A program made the position numbers and the translations under genes. A stretch of 64,000 bases of DNA, taken from assembly GCA_963701965.1 (NCBI GenBank), contig OY969695.1, forward strand, positions 2,528,001-2,592,000, given 5' to 3'. The notes under the pieces are model-generated. The model was given only the letters and a program-made list of their open reading frames with translations, had not been told where the DNA came from and did not search any database. Shown here one piece after another: positions 10,093 through 19,076 of this stretch. Numbering within the stretch: the first letter of the stretch is position 1; every line of letters starts with the position of its first letter. This stretch comes from an uncultured Gemmatimonadales bacterium (lineage in GTDB: Bacteria; Gemmatimonadota; Gemmatimonadetes; Gemmatimonadales; Gemmatimonadaceae).

Positions 10093-10779
10093 ATGTCACG
10101 CCCGACCTTTGTGTTCGCGCTCCTGTTGCCGTTGGCGACCGCGTCGCTTGGCGCCCAGTACGTGGAGCGTCCCTACTATCGCATCCCTGGAGCGACGCTC
10201 CCGGCATTTCAGATCACGCCCTACGCCGGCTACATGGATTGGGGACGCTACGTCAACGGTCCGCTCGGATCGCACGTACCATTTGCCAACGGTCCCGTGC
10301 TCGGGGCACAGGCATCGCTGTCGCTGACCAGGTACTTCGCGTTCTACGGCGAGCTGGCCTACGCATACTCCAACATGGGGGGGTATGGGAACATCAACAA
10401 CCAGGGCTTTCTGAACAGCGCGAATTCCGGAGCGTGGATCTACGACGGCGGCATTCAACTGATGGCGCCGTTTCGCAGCGAAGATCGCCACTGGATCGTG
10501 CCCTTCGTCCAATTCGGCGCTGGCGGCATCAACTACCGGCTGAATGACGGGTTCAATCCCGAGAAATCCGACACGCGCTTTGCCTGGAACGGCGGCGTGG
10601 GACTCGACTACCATTTCACGCGGCAGGTCGGCGTGCGTCTCATGGCCAAGGACTACATCGCAATGTTCAATGTCCCCGGCGAGGTGTTCGTGACTCCGGG
10701 CGGGACATCGGTCCAAAGCACGAAGCAGACGAACAACAACAACTTCACCTTCAGCGCCGGTCTCAACATTGGCTTCTGA
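10093..10779 (+). CDS. Outer membrane beta-barrel protein
   Basis: RBS GGAGGA, signal peptide, alternating beta-strands, terminal Phe. Confidence 0.85.
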   Translation: MSRPTFVFALLLPLATASLGAQYVERPYYRIPGATLPAFQITPYAGYMDWGRYVNGPLGSHVPFANGPVLGAQASLSLTRYFAFYGELAYAYSNMGGYGNINNQGFLNSANSGAWIYDGGIQLMAPFRSEDRHWIVPFVQFGAGGINYRLNDGFNPEKSDTRFAWNGGVGLDYHFTRQVGVRLMAKDYIAMFNVPGEVFVTPGGTSVQSTKQTNNNNFTFSAGLNIGF

Positions 10780-10816
10780 GACGCAACGGCCCGCGCTCGA
10801 GCGCTGGCTGGCGCTC

Positions 10817-11083
10817 ATGAGCGAGCAGGAAGCGCGGAGCCTGTTGCGCGAGTGCGTCGATCGCTATCGGCGTCGACCGCGCGGCGAGCTGTTGCAGGCG
10901 TGCGAAGAGGGGCCGACCACGGTGGATGTCGCGGGGCGCTCGGGGGCGCACTACGCCATCGTGGTCCGCGTCATCTGCGATGACCCGATCGGCCGCGACG
11001 GGCCGATCCGCGTGATCGCGACAATCGGCGACGACCACCGGGCCCTCTCGGCGCTACGCGACGAGTTTACGCTCGCGCCGTAG
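10817..11083 (+). CDS. Small hypothetical protein
   Basis: Plausible codon usage; fills the gap between the OMP gene and argA. Confidence 0.55.
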   Translation: MSEQEARSLLRECVDRYRRRPRGELLQACEEGPTTVDVAGRSGAHYAIVVRVICDDPIGRDGPIRVIATIGDDHRALSALRDEFTLAP

Positions 11084-11551
11084 CGCCTCGTCGTCCAGCG
11101 CTTTCGAGACACAGATCTCGTCGCACGCCATCCGGCGCGGACACACGACGCAGTCCCGGCAGATCTTCTCCGGGTACCGGGCGCGATCGACGATCTCATA
11201 GCCCATGCCCTCGAAAAATCCGGGCTTGAGCGTCAACGCGAACACTTCCGTGATCCCGCGCGCGGACGCCAGCGCCTCCACACGGGCCACGAGCGCCCGC
11301 CCCACGCCCGTACCCTGGACGGTCCGGGCCACGGCCACCGAGCCGACCTCGGCGAGGGACGGCGCGTACTCCCGCAACGCGGCGCAACCGACGATCCGGC
11401 CGTGCCGGTCGGTCGCCACAATGAAATCGTCGAGCGCCATCGCGATGGCGTCGGGCGTCTTGGGCAACATCACGCGCTCGTCGGCATAGCCGTTGATGAG
11501 CGCCGAGACGCTGAGCACGTCGGCGGCGCGGGCGCGCCGGTACATGGTCAT
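11054..11551 (-). CDS. argA: Short GNAT-type N-acetylglutamate synthase
   Basis: GCAAL...LAEV.S.AV....QG.G.G...FALT...FF..GY...PEK..RDC..C; ATGA overlap with the argD stop. Confidence 0.75.
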   Translation of the reverse strand: MTMYRRARAADVLSVSALINGYADERVMLPKTPDAIAMALDDFIVATDRHGRIVGCAALREYAPSLAEVGSVAVARTVQGTGVGRALVARVEALASARGITEVFALTLKPGFFEGMGYEIVDRARYPEKICRDCVVCPRRMACDEICVSKALDDEALRRERKLVA

Positions 11552-12765
11552 GAGAGCGAAGCCTCCAAGCGCGACAGCCCTTCGGCCAGCTCGTCGCGAC
11601 TGATGATGAGCGGGGGCAGCAGCCGGACCGTATGGTCCCCGGCCGAACACACGAGCAGACCGAGCGCGCGGGCCCGGGCCACGACCTCGGCGGCGGGACG
11701 CACGACGTCGATGCCCCACATGAGACCCACCCCGCGGACCGCGCGCACATCGTCCCGGCGCGCCGCGAGATCGCGCAGCGCGCGGCCGAGCCACTCGCCG
11801 TGGGCACGGACGTTCGCGAGGAGCTCGGGATCGGCGAGCCGCTCGACGACGTAGCGGGCGACGGTCGCCACGAACGGCCCGCCGCCGAACGTCGTCCCGT
11901 GGTCGCCGGCTTGCACCGCACACGCGATCTCGGCCGACAAGAGCACCGCGCCCGCGGGCAGTCCGCCGGCGAGCGGCTTGGCGAGCGTCACGAGATCGGG
12001 CTCGATGCCCAGCGGCTCGTGCGCGAAGAGCCAGCCGGTGCGGCCCAGACCGCATTGGATCTCATCGAGAATGAGCGCCACGCGGCGTTCCCGGGTCAGA
12101 GCCCGCAGCTCCCGCAGAAAACCGGGATCGAGCACGCGGACGCCGCCCTCACCCTGCACGGGCTCCACGATCACCGCCGCGACCGTCTCGGCCTCGAGCA
12201 TCGTCTCCAGCTCGGCAATGTCCCGCTCGGCGACCGTGACGCCGCCCGCGAGCGGCCGGAAGGGCGCCCGATAGGATGGCCGGTCGGTGGCGGCCAGCGA
12301 CGCGAACAGACGCCCGTGGAACGCGCCGCGGAGGCCGATGATCTCGTGCTTCTGCGCCCCGCCTACCGTCCGCGCCCACCGGCGGGCGAACTTGAACGCG
12401 CCTTCGTTGGCCTCGGCGCCCGAGTTGCAAAAAAACACGCGGGCGGCGAACGAGTGCTCCACGAACCACTGGGCCAGGGACTCGCCGGGGTCGGACCGAT
12501 AGAGATTCGACACGTGCACCAGGCCTTCGGCGGCCGCGTGCATCACCTCGCGGAACCCCTCGTCCCCGTAGCCGAGGGCGTTCACGGCGATGCCGCTCGT
12601 GAAGTCGAGGTAGGCGTTGCCCTCGTCGTCGAACAACTCGACGCCGCTGCCGCGCACGATCCGCATCGGCGCGCGCTTGTACGTGCCGAGCAACGCCGCA
12701 TCGTCGGAGTGCAGGGCACCCGGACCCGTCAGGGGCAGCGAGAGAGGTAGCGAAATGGTCGTCAT
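11548..12765 (-). CDS. argD: Acetylornithine aminotransferase
   Basis: YLDFTSGIAVNALGY, NSGAEANEGA, EPVQGEGG, DEIQCGLGRTG, LAKPLAGG, HGTTFGG. Confidence 0.93.
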   Translation of the reverse strand: MTTISLPLSLPLTGPGALHSDDAALLGTYKRAPMRIVRGSGVELFDDEGNAYLDFTSGIAVNALGYGDEGFREVMHAAAEGLVHVSNLYRSDPGESLAQWFVEHSFAARVFFCNSGAEANEGAFKFARRWARTVGGAQKHEIIGLRGAFHGRLFASLAATDRPSYRAPFRPLAGGVTVAERDIAELETMLEAETVAAVIVEPVQGEGGVRVLDPGFLRELRALTRERRVALILDEIQCGLGRTGWLFAHEPLGIEPDLVTLAKPLAGGLPAGAVLLSAEIACAVQAGDHGTTFGGGPFVATVARYVVERLADPELLANVRAHGEWLGRALRDLAARRDDVRAVRGVGLMWGIDVVRPAAEVVARARALGLLVCSAGDHTVRLLPPLIISRDELAEGLSRLEASLS

Positions 12766-13496
12766 GAAAACGCTCCCGCGACGACGCGCGTGCCAGCGTG
12801 GGATTCGGTGAGCAGCGTGAGATCGCCGATGCGAACCGACGCGACGCCACCGTCCGCGGCCCGCGCCGCGGCGTCGACCTTGGCCCGCATCCCATCGGTG
12901 ATGTCCGGATCGTCCAGCGCGTCGGCGCCGATGACCGGCACCGGCGCCCCGTGGAGTCGCACGGCCGGCACGTCGGAGATGAGCAGAAGGGAGTCAGCGC
13001 CCAGCGCGATGGCGATCGCCGCCGCGGCATCGTCGCCGTTCACATTGAGTCCCGGGTGGGCCAATGGAGAGACGACAGGCAGGAGGCCGGACTCGAGGAG
13101 GAGCCGCAACACGGGCACGCGCACGGCGCGAATGGCGCCGACGGCGCCGAGCGCCCCGTCTTCGGCGACATCGGCGCTGAGCACGGCGGCATCTTCGCCG
13201 GAGAGGCCGAACGCGTCGACGCCGGCGGCCACCAGCGCCGCGACGAGACGCTTGTTGGCGAGCCCCGACAGCGCCATGCGCAGCCGATCGATGTCATTGG
13301 CCGCCGTGACCCGCCGCCCGCCGACGAATCGCGGCTCGACGCCCGCGGCCCGTTGCAGCGCCGAGACCTCGTCGCCGCCCCCGTGCACGACGACGAGCGC
13401 GCCCGCGCGCGCGCGGGCGGCGAGCGCGGACGCCAGTCGGGCGTCGGCCTGGGCGCGCCCGCCGACTTTGACGACGCACAGCGTGGCGATCGTCAT
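12762..13496 (-). CDS. argB: Acetylglutamate kinase
   Basis: VVKVGG, VVHGGG, GRRVT, NVNGD, ITDGMRAK. Confidence 0.93.
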   Translation of the reverse strand: MTIATLCVVKVGGRAQADARLASALAARARAGALVVVHGGGDEVSALQRAAGVEPRFVGGRRVTAANDIDRLRMALSGLANKRLVAALVAAGVDAFGLSGEDAAVLSADVAEDGALGAVGAIRAVRVPVLRLLLESGLLPVVSPLAHPGLNVNGDDAAAAIAIALGADSLLLISDVPAVRLHGAPVPVIGADALDDPDITDGMRAKVDAAARAADGGVASVRIGDLTLLTESHAGTRVVAGAFS

Positions 13497-14482
13497 CGGG
13501 GCAACCCCGCGGCTTCGTCGAGGCCGAGCAGCAGGTTCGCGTTCTGCAGGGCCTGTCCCGCCGCGCCTTTGAGGAGATTGTCGATGGCCGCGATGACGAC
13601 CACCGCGGGACGGCGCAGCCCCTCGGCCGGCGTCACGGCGATGGCCGCGACGTTCCGGTGGACCACGTCACGCAACGTCGGCGGCTGGTCGACGATCTCG
13701 ACGAAGGGTTCGCCCGCGTAGTACGCCGCGTACATGGCCGCGGCATCGGGCAACGCGTCCACCACGGGCACGGTAAGCGTGACGAGGATCCCGCGGGCGA
13801 CGGGCAGGAGATGCGGGGTGAAGACCAGATCGCAGTCGGCGCCGAGCCAGGCCAGGGCCGCGCGCATCTCGGCCAGATGCCGGTGCGTGTTGCCGACCGC
13901 ATACGCGCGGTAGTCCTCGGCCACTTCGCCGAACAGCAAATCGCGCCGCGGCGCGTTGCCCGCCCCGGTGACCCCGCTGGCCGCATCGACCGCCACCGTG
14001 GCTCCGGGCGCGATGACGCCGTTCGCCGCCAGCGGGGCCAGCGCCAGCAGCGTGGCCGTCGCATAGCAGCCCGGATTCGCGACCGTGCGGGCGCCGCGAA
14101 CCGCGGAGCGGATGGCCGGGCCCAACTCGGGCAGACCATAGGGGGCCGCCGCGTCGACCACCGCCCCGACCGCGGCCGACGGGCCCGGGCGGAGATCGGA
14201 TGACAAGTCGACGACCTTGGCCCCGGCCGCGCGGGCGCGGGCGACCGCGCCGCCCGACGCCCCGTGGGGCAGCGCGCTGAACACGAGCGCCACATTGCCC
14301 AACGGCGCGTCGGCGGCGCCGATGTACGTGAGCGCGCGGCCGGCGATGCGGACGCACTCGCCCTGGCGCTCGTGCGCCGCGGCGAACGCCAGCGTGAGCG
14401 CCGGATGGCGCGCCACCAGCGCGCACAACTCCCGCCCGGCATATCCACTGGCGCCGAGCACGCCCACAGGGTACTTATGCAC
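13493..14482 (-). CDS. argC: N-acetyl-gamma-glutamyl-phosphate reductase
   Basis: GVLGASGYAGREL, ANPGCYAT, SGVTGAG, HRHLAE, DNLLKGAAGQA; start at GTG 14482 (alternative GTG 14503). Confidence 0.93.
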   Translation of the reverse strand: MHKYPVGVLGASGYAGRELCALVARHPALTLAFAAAHERQGECVRIAGRALTYIGAADAPLGNVALVFSALPHGASGGAVARARAAGAKVVDLSSDLRPGPSAAVGAVVDAAAPYGLPELGPAIRSAVRGARTVANPGCYATATLLALAPLAANGVIAPGATVAVDAASGVTGAGNAPRRDLLFGEVAEDYRAYAVGNTHRHLAEMRAALAWLGADCDLVFTPHLLPVARGILVTLTVPVVDALPDAAAMYAAYYAGEPFVEIVDQPPTLRDVVHRNVAAIAVTPAEGLRRPAVVVIAAIDNLLKGAAGQALQNANLLLGLDEAAGLPR

Positions 14483-14517
14483 CTCTAATGCATAGTCTTG
14501 CACGACCCCTCCGTCAA
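14466..14517 (-). promoter_or_regulatory. argC promoter overlapped by an ARG box
   Basis: TTGACG (14517-14512), N17, TATGCA, N6, GTG; TGCA-N6-TGCA palindrome in 14487-14504 plus a second half-site 3 bp away. Confidence 0.6.
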
Positions 14518-14527
14518 TACACACGAC

Positions 14528-14557
14528 AAAAAAGCCGCCCCCGATACGGGAGCGGCT
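14528..14557 (-). terminator. Intrinsic terminator (putative attenuator) upstream of argC
   Basis: AGCCGCTCCCG-TAT-CGGGGGCGGCT followed by a T-run on the minus strand. Confidence 0.85.
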
Positions 14558-14582
14558 GTTGGGACTACGCGGTCGTCGACGT

Positions 14583-14684
14583 CTAGTGCACGACCCCCCA
14601 ATCAGCGCGCGCCCGCTCCGCGGAACGCGGGGCGAACGGTCGCGGCGAGGTCGGGCGCGGGCTAATAACTTGGACGTCGGCCAT
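14583..14684 (-). CDS. Putative 33-aa arg leader peptide MADVQVISPRPTSPRPFAPRSAERARADWGVVH
   Basis: TTGACA-N17-TACCTA-N6-ATG; stop codon lies in a hairpin loop just before the terminator; 5 Arg codons. Confidence 0.55.
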   Translation of the reverse strand: MADVQVISPRPTSPRPFAPRSAERARADWGVVH

Positions 14685-14730
14685 GCCCGATAGGTACCGT
14701 CCGCCGGCCGATCTGTCAACGGAGGTCAAA

Positions 14731-15198
14731 GTGGCTCACAAACAGGAGCGCCTGGCGACGATCCTGGAGTTGATCGCCGAGCAGCCCGTCGCCAGCCAGG
14801 AAGAATTGCGCGCGCTTTTGCGGCAGCGCGGGTGGTCGGTCACCCAATCGACACTGTCCCGTGACATGCAGGAGCTGCGGTTGGCCCGCGTATCGACCGA
14901 CGAAGGCGCGCGCTACCAGCGCGGCGATGTGTCGGCGCCCGACATTGGCGGCCGTCCAGCGCTGGCGGGTCTTTTGCCCCAACTGCTCACCCGACTCGAT
15001 GGCGTCCGCGAGCTGCTCGTGATCCACACGCCGCCGGGCGGAGCCCAGCCGGTGGCCCTGGCGATCGATCGCGAGGGGCACGCCGGCATTCTGGGGACCA
15101 TTGCGGGCGACGATACCATTCTCATCATTTGCCGCTCCAGCGAGGCGCGCGAGCGGCTGGCGCGGCGGTTGCGCACCCTGGCCGGGAAAGCGGGTTGA
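14731..15198 (+). CDS. argR: Arginine repressor
   Basis: SQEEL...TQSTLSRD..EL and GTIAGDDT; RBS GGAGG before GTG 14731. Confidence 0.95.
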   Translation: MAHKQERLATILELIAEQPVASQEELRALLRQRGWSVTQSTLSRDMQELRLARVSTDEGARYQRGDVSAPDIGGRPALAGLLPQLLTRLDGVRELLVIHTPPGGAQPVALAIDREGHAGILGTIAGDDTILIICRSSEARERLARRLRTLAGKAG

Positions 15199-15251
15199 CG
15201 CGGGAACTGCTTGCTGCTTAATTATGCGCTGCTTACGCATTTATTCCCATT
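15195..15251 (+). promoter_or_regulatory. argG promoter with ARG-box-like site(s)
   Basis: TTGACG at 15195; AT-rich GCTGCTTAATTATGCGCT (15213-15230) resembles TGCAT-N4-ATGCA; weaker second box 3 bp downstream. Confidence 0.45.
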
Positions 15252-15278
15252 GGCCCGTTCCCATCGCCCACGCCGATC

Positions 15279-16517
15279 ATGACTGCATCGCCCCTCTCGC
15301 CGACGTCCATCGTCCTCGCCTATTCCGGCGGGCTCGACACCTCGGTCATCGTGCCGTGGCTCAAGGAGCACTATCCGAACGCCCGCGTCACCTGCGTGGC
15401 CGCCGATATCGGCCAGGGTGACGAGCTGTCGGGCGTCCACGCCAAGGCGATGGCCTCCGGCGCCGACGCGTGCTACGTCGAGGACCTCCGCCGGGAGTTC
15501 GTCGAGGACTTCGTGTGGCCGACGTTGCGCGCCGGCGCCGTGTACGGCCGGAAGTATCTGCTGGGCACGTCCATGGCCCGGCCCCTCATCGCGCGGCGCC
15601 AGGTCGAGGTGGCGCGCCAGATCGGCGCCGATGCGCTGGCCCACGGGTGCACGGGCAAGGGCAACGATCAGGTCCGGTTCGAGCTGACCTACGCCGCCTT
15701 CGCGCCCGACCTGCCGGTGATCGCGCCGTGGCGGGAGTGGGACATCCGGAGTCGGGAGGACGCCATCGCCTACGCCAAGCGGCACGGCGTGCCGGTCACG
15801 GCCACGGTGGAGAAGATCTACTCCCGCGACCGGAACCTCTGGCACGTCTCCCACGAAGGTGGCGCGCTCGAGGATCCGAACACGGTGCCGGGCGCCGATG
15901 TGTTCCAGCTCACGGCCGACCCCGCCGCCGCTCCCGATGAGGCCGAGGATGTCACGATCGAATTCGAGGCGGGGACGCCGGTCGCGGTCGACGGGCGCGC
16001 GCTCGACCCCGTCGCGCTGGTAGCCGCGCTCAACGCCATCGGCGCGCGCCACGGCATCGGCCGCATCGACTTGGTCGAAGACCGCCTGGTCGGCATGAAG
16101 TCGCGCGGCGTGTACGAGACGCCGGGCGGGACGCTGCTCTACGCCGCGCATAGCGAACTGGAGCAGCTCACGCTCGACCGGCGCACGCTGGCCGCCAAAG
16201 ACCTCATCGCGCCGCGCTATGCCGACCTCGTATATGAAGGCCGCTGGTGGACCACGGAACGAGAGGCGTATGATGCATTCGTGGCCGTGACGCAGGCGCG
16301 GGTCTCCGGGACGATCACCTTGCGGCTGTTCAAGGGATCACTCGCCGTGGCCGGCCGGTCGAGCGACCAGGCGCTCTACGATGAACGGTTCGTCACGTTC
16401 GGGGAGGACGATGTGTACGAGCAGAGCGATGCGGCCGGGTTCATTCGGTTGTATGGCCTCTCGGCGCGCGTCCAAGCGCTCAAGGATCAGGAACGCACCG
16501 TGTTGGCCGGCGTCTAA
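15279..16517 (+). CDS. argG: Argininosuccinate synthase
   Basis: LAYSGGLDTS, HGCTGKGNDQVRFE, GMKSRGVYETP. Confidence 0.97.
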   Translation: MTASPLSPTSIVLAYSGGLDTSVIVPWLKEHYPNARVTCVAADIGQGDELSGVHAKAMASGADACYVEDLRREFVEDFVWPTLRAGAVYGRKYLLGTSMARPLIARRQVEVARQIGADALAHGCTGKGNDQVRFELTYAAFAPDLPVIAPWREWDIRSREDAIAYAKRHGVPVTATVEKIYSRDRNLWHVSHEGGALEDPNTVPGADVFQLTADPAAAPDEAEDVTIEFEAGTPVAVDGRALDPVALVAALNAIGARHGIGRIDLVEDRLVGMKSRGVYETPGGTLLYAAHSELEQLTLDRRTLAAKDLIAPRYADLVYEGRWWTTEREAYDAFVAVTQARVSGTITLRLFKGSLAVAGRSSDQALYDERFVTFGEDDVYEQSDAAGFIRLYGLSARVQALKDQERTVLAGV

Positions 16518-16529
16518 GGAGAAACCACC

Positions 16530-17990
16530 ATGTCCGACGAAACAGACACCGCCCGCGATCGCGCCCACCGCCTCTGGGGTGGACGGTTCGCCGGCGCCAG
16601 CGCCGCGGCGCTGGAGGCGCTCAACCGGTCCATCGACATCGATTTCCGTCTGTGGCCGTTCGACATCCAACTGTCGAAGGCGTGGGCGGTCGCGCTGTGG
16701 CAGGCGGGCGTCCTGACGCTCGACGAGAGCCGCCGCATGGAGTGGGGTCTGGACATCGTCGCCCAGCGCCTGGCCGCCGGCGCGCTGCCGGTGACGTCGG
16801 ACGAAGACGTGCACACGATGATCGACCGGATGTTGCAGAACGAGATCGGGGACTTGTCGGCCAAGCTGCACACGGGCCGGAGCCGGAACGATCAGGTCGC
16901 GACCGCGACGCGTCTCTGGTGTGCCGACGCGGCCGTCGGCCTCGGCGCGACGATTCGCACGTTGCAGGAGACGCTTCTCCGGCACGCCGAGGAGTTGGAC
17001 GAAACCTTGATGCCGGCCTACACGCATTTGCAGCGCGCCCAGCCGGTCGCCGCGGCCCATTGGTTGTTGGGCCACTTTTGGCCGCTCGATCGCGACCAGG
17101 CCCGCATCACGCAGGCGGGCCGTTCCGCGGTCGCCGCGCTGCCGTTGGGCTCCGGCGCGATCGCGGGCTGCGCCTATCCGGTGTCCCGCGTGCTGCTCAA
17201 AGAGAGCCTGGGGTTCACGGGGCTCACGGCCAACAGCATCGACGCCGTCGGCGACCGCGACTTCGTCGCCGAGTTGTTGTTCGCCCTCACGATGCTCGGA
17301 CTCCACCTGTCGCGGCTGGCTGAGGACTTCATTTTGTTCGGATCCAGCGAGTTCGGCTTCGTGCAGTTCGGCGACGCCTTCACGACCGGGTCCAGCATGA
17401 TGCCGCAGAAGCGGAACCCCGACGCGCTCGAGCTGTCCCGGGCGTCGAGCGCGCGCGTGCTCGGCGACCTCACGGCGCTCCTCACCACGCTCAAGGGACT
17501 CCCCAGCGGGTACAACAAGGACATGCAGGAGGACAAGCGCGCGTTGTTCGACGCGGTCGACACGATGCGCCTGGTCTTGCCGGCGGCGACCGGCGCCATT
17601 GGCGAGCTCACGTTTCGTCCGGACCGGATGCAGGCCGCGCTCTCCAGCACGATGATGGCGACCGACCTGGCCGACTATCTCGTCGGCAAGGGCGCGACAT
17701 TCCGGGACGCGCACCGGGCGGTCGGCGAGATCGTCCGCACGGCCGAAGTGCAGTGCGTCGGGTTGGATGATTTGCCACTGGAGACGTTCACCGCGGCCCA
17801 TCCGCTGTTCGGCGCCGACGTCGCCGCGGCGCTGTCGCCCCGCGCATCGGCCGCCCGCCGCGAGGTGCCGGGCGGGACGGGGCCGAACGCGCTTCGCGCC
17901 CAGCTGGACGCCGCCCGCCTCGCATTGCACCCGCCCTACGAGTCCGGCCGCGGTAACGACATCACGTCCCGATTGCAGGCGGTCGTGTAG
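16530..17990 (+). CDS. argH: Argininosuccinate lyase
   Basis: LWGGRF, HTGRSRNDQV, YTHLQRAQP, GSSMMPQKRNPD, YNKDMQEDK. Confidence 0.97.
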   Translation: MSDETDTARDRAHRLWGGRFAGASAAALEALNRSIDIDFRLWPFDIQLSKAWAVALWQAGVLTLDESRRMEWGLDIVAQRLAAGALPVTSDEDVHTMIDRMLQNEIGDLSAKLHTGRSRNDQVATATRLWCADAAVGLGATIRTLQETLLRHAEELDETLMPAYTHLQRAQPVAAAHWLLGHFWPLDRDQARITQAGRSAVAALPLGSGAIAGCAYPVSRVLLKESLGFTGLTANSIDAVGDRDFVAELLFALTMLGLHLSRLAEDFILFGSSEFGFVQFGDAFTTGSSMMPQKRNPDALELSRASSARVLGDLTALLTTLKGLPSGYNKDMQEDKRALFDAVDTMRLVLPAATGAIGELTFRPDRMQAALSSTMMATDLADYLVGKGATFRDAHRAVGEIVRTAEVQCVGLDDLPLETFTAAHPLFGADVAAALSPRASAARREVPGGTGPNALRAQLDAARLALHPPYESGRGNDITSRLQAVV

Positions 17991-19054
17991 CGGGCCTATT
18001 CCACCGCTGGGTGGCGCAAGATATTCGGTACGTGTCGATCGCCCTGGGGATAGGCGGATTTCAACCGCGCGCGCCGGACTCGGTGATCCACTCCGGATTT
18101 GGCGACTGCAAGGACAAGGCGACGCTCTTCGTGGCGGCGCTCCGTCTGCTGGGCATCGAGGCCTATCCGGTGCTGCTCAATGCCGGCGGCTGCGTGGACC
18201 GCGCGCTGCCCACCATTGGACAGTTCGACCACGCGATCGCCGCGATCAAGCAGGGGAGCTCCTACGAGTACACGGACCTGACGTCGAGCGTGACACCGCT
18301 CGGCGAGCTCCCTCTGCCCGATGAGGCGGAGTTCGGTCTCATCGTGCACACGGACGGACGGACGGAGCAGGTCACGCTTCCCTCCGCGGGACCGACCCCG
18401 TCGCTCGCCGAGACGTCCATCGTGGGGACGCTCGCGCCTGACGGGACGTTCGACGGGCACGTTGCCTTGCGGACTACCGGCACGGCGGCCGAGGCCATGC
18501 GCGGGCTCATGTCCCGCCCGCTCGATTCGACCCAGCGCGCGGCATTGGCGCGGGGGATGGCGCAAGCGATCTTCCCGGGCGCCGAGGCCGACAGTCTCGT
18601 CACATTCGATGGAAAGGACCTGTCGGCCGACGCCCGGATATCGCTACACGTCAAGAACGGCCGCGCGTCCACGTCGTCCGGCACGACCGACCTTCTGACG
18701 GTGCCGCTGTCGAACACGGGCGCGGCCAAGATCGCGACGCAACTCGAGGCGGCGACCGGCCCCCGCCGATACCCCATCAATGGCAACGGCGTGTTGGGAC
18801 GCGGCTCGTCTGTCGACGAGGTCCGCATCACGCTGCCGAGCGGTTGGCATGCCCGCCTGCCGGAGAGCATCACGGCGACGAGCCGGTTTGGTACCTACGA
18901 ATCCACGTATTCCCAGGACGGCAATGTGTTGACCCTCCACCGTCACTACGCATCAGGCAGCGGCGTGTCGCCAGCCTGGCGCCATGGTGAGCTGGAGGTG
19001 TGGCTTTCCCGCGTGGCAAAGGATCACCCAGCGGTCATCCTACTCGACCACTGA
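17991..19054 (+). pseudogene. 5'-truncated paralog of the downstream DUF3857/transglutaminase-like gene
   Basis: Matches the downstream gene from RAIHRWVAQDIRY onward (GDCKDK, FDHAI, YTDLT); lacks signal peptide and N-terminal domain; homology starts immediately after the argH stop. Confidence 0.7.
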
Positions 19055-19076
19055 GTTTTTTCGTATAGTAGGGCCC

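Noticed and set aside
14483..14719. N-terminal extension of ArgC in the ORF track
   Set aside because: Runs through a terminator, ARG box and promoter; its TTG is the -35 TTGACA; ArgC homology starts near 14482
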